Shown piece after piece: positions 60,801 through 64,000 of a stretch of 64,000 nucleotides of DNA. Below the pieces are notes generated by a model. That model saw nothing but the letters and a program-made list of their open reading frames with translations, searched no databases and was not told the DNA's origin. The position numbers and the translations under genes were made by a program. The stretch spans positions 79,114,001 through 79,178,000 of the forward strand of contig NC_086097.1 in assembly GCF_963921235.1 (NCBI RefSeq). The letters run 5' to 3'. Origin of the DNA: Mobula hypostoma (taxonomy: Eukaryota). Each line of letters opens with the position of its first letter. Position 1 is the stretch's first letter.

Positions 60801-61484
60801 GCTTCCCACACCACCGGTCATCTAAACCATAGGTTGTAAAAACAATTTTTAAATTTTAAAGTAGTTAGTATTCTTTAAATAGGGTTATTTCTTAGCATAG
60901 ATAGAAGATATAATAAAGTGCAATTTTCATTCTATAAAAAAAAACTTAAATAGAACCACAGCTAAAGTATTCTGAGCAGCTTTGGATTCCACATAATAGG
61001 ACAGATGCCTAAAGGCTGAATCTGAGCTGAAAGTGGCTGCCTGGTATGAGAAATTCCAAAATTTTAAAAAAGACATGAGAATCAGAGCTATCACTTCCAA
61101 AGCAGAAGAGATTAAAAGGTAGCTTGATGAAGTTGTTTATCATTATCTGTAGATGAGACACAGTGGATGACAACTGATTGTTTCCTGTGATTGGGTAGCT
61201 AGAATGAAGTGCACACAGATTGTAAAATAAATGTCAGAGGATTGCATTAGTGTACAGGATAAACATTTTACAGATGCTGAGAGTCTGAGGAATACTCTTA
61301 ACGACTGAGGCAGAGAGCAGACCAACATATCAAGATTCTTGGACTGATGACTGAAGGGAAGGAAGAAAGAGATATGGGAGAAGAATAGGCAGCAGGTATC
61401 AGACCTTAGCGTCATATCCAAAGATTTTGTATCCCTTCCATGAGTAAGGTATCACTATTCAAGTAAACTTGAATTCAGATAATA

Positions 61485-61777
61485 AGGCAGTGCCTCAAGA
61501 AGGTGGCATTCATCATTAAGGACCCTCACCATATGAAACATGCCCTCTTCTCATTACCTCCACCAGGGAGCAAGTACAAGAGCCTGAAGACCTGCACTCA
61601 ATATTTCAGCAACAGCTCCCTCTCCTCTGCCATCAGATTTCTGAACGGCCCATGAACACTGCCACACTAATCCTCTTTACACTGTTTTTAACTGTAACTT
61701 GTGGTATTTTGTTAATGTATTACACTGTACAAGAACAAATTTCACAACATGTCCATGGTAACAAATCTGATTCTGAC
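61485..61777 (+). mobile_element. Rex1-like LINE 3' end
   Basis: CATCATTAAGGACCCTCACCAT...GCCCTCTTCTC...TACAAGAGCCTGAAG; tail TCTGATTCTGA. Confidence 0.75.
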
Positions 61778-62148
61778 TGCCTCTCAAAATGGCTGACAAC
61801 TGGTAATTATGTATGACATAGGGATTACAGGGATATCCATGATTCAAACAGTCTTCCTGAGGGAAACGTCATGCTGCCTTTGATGGTTTGTCAGTCGAGG
61901 TAACAGCAAGCTTTGCAGCTGTGGGATATTGGGAGAGTAAAGCATTGGGCTTGGTCGTGTTGAAACACTCAGTGCCAAAAGCTAATCCATGTGAAAAAAT
62001 GAACATTTTGATGTGCTACCCAAGGAATGCTGCTAAACTGGAGCAAGCCTTATTCATCTCCATCAGATCAGGAGGGAAAGAAATTCTTTAAAAAAAGTAG
62101 TAAATCAAGATTTGATTATTCCATAGGTTCCCACATTCTTTTCCTTAC

Positions 62149-62240
62149 CGGCAAAGCATTGTTTGTAAGTGTTCCCATATTCTCCATTTGTCATCTCCTT
62201 GATCCCACTGTTGCTTTCTTTCATTTCCCTGATTAAGTGA
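62149..62240 (-). CDS. PLEK2: PLEK2 exon (DEP start): HLIREMKESNSGIKEMTNGEYGNTYKQCFA(G)
   Basis: TTTACAG acceptor, 92 nt, GTAAG donor; ends in phase 1, matching the 188-nt exon; aligns to human RIVDKMHDSNTGIRSSPNMEQGSTYKKTFLG. Confidence 0.88.
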
Positions 62241-62859
62241 CTGTAAATTAAATAAATTGCGTTATTTTTTGCATATTTCCCAATGCAGTTATTTCAGGTA
62301 AAGCATTAATTGCCCTTTCCTACATGTTCAGAAGAGCTGACAAGTTTAGCAATACATTGCAGGAGAAGATATGGAGCCTCATACAGGCCAGCACTTTGAG
62401 TTGAACAGAAGATCAATGGTCGTTTTACTGACAATAATATTTTAAATAAAGTAACTTCTCAAAGGGCATTAGTGAGAATTGAACTCAGGATCTTAGGGTT
62501 ATTCATCTAGCTCTCAGCATTCGAGTTCATTATTTTTCATCTCCAAATTGTTAATCCAGTAGCATCTGCATACCTAACCACCCAGAGGACAGAGTCAAGT
62601 TAGACTAACTTGAACTACAACTTTCTTTCTGTTTTTATGGTTAAAACAGTACTGAAATTATATTGATAAAACAGAATCATATCAAAAGAATCCAGTTTCG
62701 TTTATTTCCTCCTCATTGCACCAAAAGGGGATTACATTGAATAAATGTGTTATTTAGTAACAGTAATTAAAATACTGGAGTAATTAGAAATCTTGGAGAA
62801 GTTAACGGGAATAAGATTAAACAAATCCCATGGATGTGATGGCCTAACATGCAGTTCCA

Positions 62860-63640
62860 AACAAAGTGGCTGCAGAGTCAGTGGGTGCATGGGTGGTGAA
62901 CTTTCAGACTTCCCCTCGTACCTGGAATAGCTGAAGTAGACTGGAAGGTAGCAACTGTAATCCTGCAGTTCAAGAAGTGCAGACAAGAAAGAAAATAGGC
63001 AAAACAGGCAATTTAAAATCATAAAAGGGTTAGCAGAGTCAGTCCACAGTTGTATGAAAAGAATCTGATGCTTGACCAATCTAACATATTTTTGAGGATG
63101 TCAGCAGGTAGATAGATAGGAGGAAGCGATGAATATAGCATTTCTGGATTTTCAAAAGCCCTTCATTAATTAGGGTCTCATTAGATTAGAGGTAATGCAT
63201 TACTATGGATAAAGGATTGGTTAAAGTTGAATTAATACCTTTGAGATCTTGTTTCATTACTCCCTATGCTCACTGCGCAGGGTCTCTCCGCCACCCCCTC
63301 CCCCACTGTCATTGGTTCCAATGTGCACCACAACCTCAGGCTGCTCACCCTCCCCCTTCAGAATGTTCTGTAGCCTTTCTAGTGAGAGATGAATATCTAC
63401 GTGTATTTGTGGTTATCTACATGAATAGTATCACACTTCTCCACATTGCTCACCCTTTTTATGTGCCCATATTCCAATGCAAAACGGTTGTCCCTTCATC
63501 GCAGTTCACTTTCCCACCTAGCTGTGTGCTCTCAGTAAAAGTGGATAAAAATATAGAGTCATTGATATAGACTGTCAGCTGCAGTGCCCCAATGCTGATC
63601 TTTATGACAACTTCAAAGTGATCCCCATACTCTTGATTTG
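62860..63640. mobile_element. Degraded CR1 RT fragments (+ to ~63235, - at ~63350-63620)
   Basis: DWKVATV, KSCLTNL-like and FLDFQKA remnants on the plus strand; reverse-complement RT remnants after them. Confidence 0.6.
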
Positions 63641-63659
63641 GGTTACTTCTGGTGCTTCA

Positions 63660-64000
63660 TGCTTACCTGGACACAAAGAGAAATATACAGCATGTCTGGC
63701 TCAGGAACTGGAGCAGAAGGAAAGGTTTCAGGTTCTTGGATCATTAAAACCATTCTGGAGTGGCAGTGACAAGAGTAATGGGTTGTACCTTAACTAGAGA
63801 GAAACCAGTGTCCTGTCTGGGAAGTTTGCGAATGCTGCTCAGGGGAGTTTAAACTAGTTTGGCATGAGAATGGAACCAAAGCACGAGGTCAGAAAGCAGA
63901 GGGATCAGGAGGAAGATAGATGCCAGGACTAGTAAGAACAGGCATAAGCAATGTCATCAATATCATGAGACAGGCGTGTTGAAGTGTGTATATTTAACGC
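63660..64000 (+). mobile_element. CR1 ORF1 end (esterase-like) and ORF2 start, degraded, runs off window
   Basis: GFRFLDH...GLYLN...FANAAQGSLN* followed by LKCVYLNA at the window end. Confidence 0.65.

Noticed and set aside
50797..62240. Assignment as pleckstrin-1 (PLEK)
   Set aside because: EQFLDDSTALY, ALEDNG and KGNVQGNLFK match PLEK2, not PLEK.

Overview
Vertebrate genomic DNA. The repeat landscape (abundant CR1, Rex1/Babar-like LINEs, tRNA-derived SINEs, DeuSINE-like and Penelope remnants) suggests a cartilaginous fish, which is inference only. Two spliced genes converge tail to tail. The first is a complete 4-exon galectin-related protein gene (LGALSL/GRP-like, 144 aa, + strand, 18335-29878) with a CpG-rich promoter. 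The second is the last six coding exons of pleckstrin-2 (PLEK2, - strand, 62240 to 50797), whose 5' exons lie beyond the window. Most other interpretable sequence is transposon-derived: a Gmr1-like Gypsy 5' end with LTR, tRNA-Pro PBS and an open 381-codon gag; an internally deleted two-LTR Gypsy; and many LINE and SINE fragments. Highlights: (1) an intact minimal hammerhead-ribozyme core in a TSD-flanked Penelope 3' fragment, with decayed copies elsewhere; (2) a 9.2-kb multi-level nest inside a Buster/Charlie-type hAT; (3) a non-coding foldback element with ~215-bp inverted arms, telomeric repeats and a G-rich minisatellite; (4) a non-tRNA, non-autonomous retroposon family with a Rex1-type tail; (5) a probable LGALSL ohnolog next to PLEK2. 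Exon coordinates were read base by base; most repeat boundaries are approximate.
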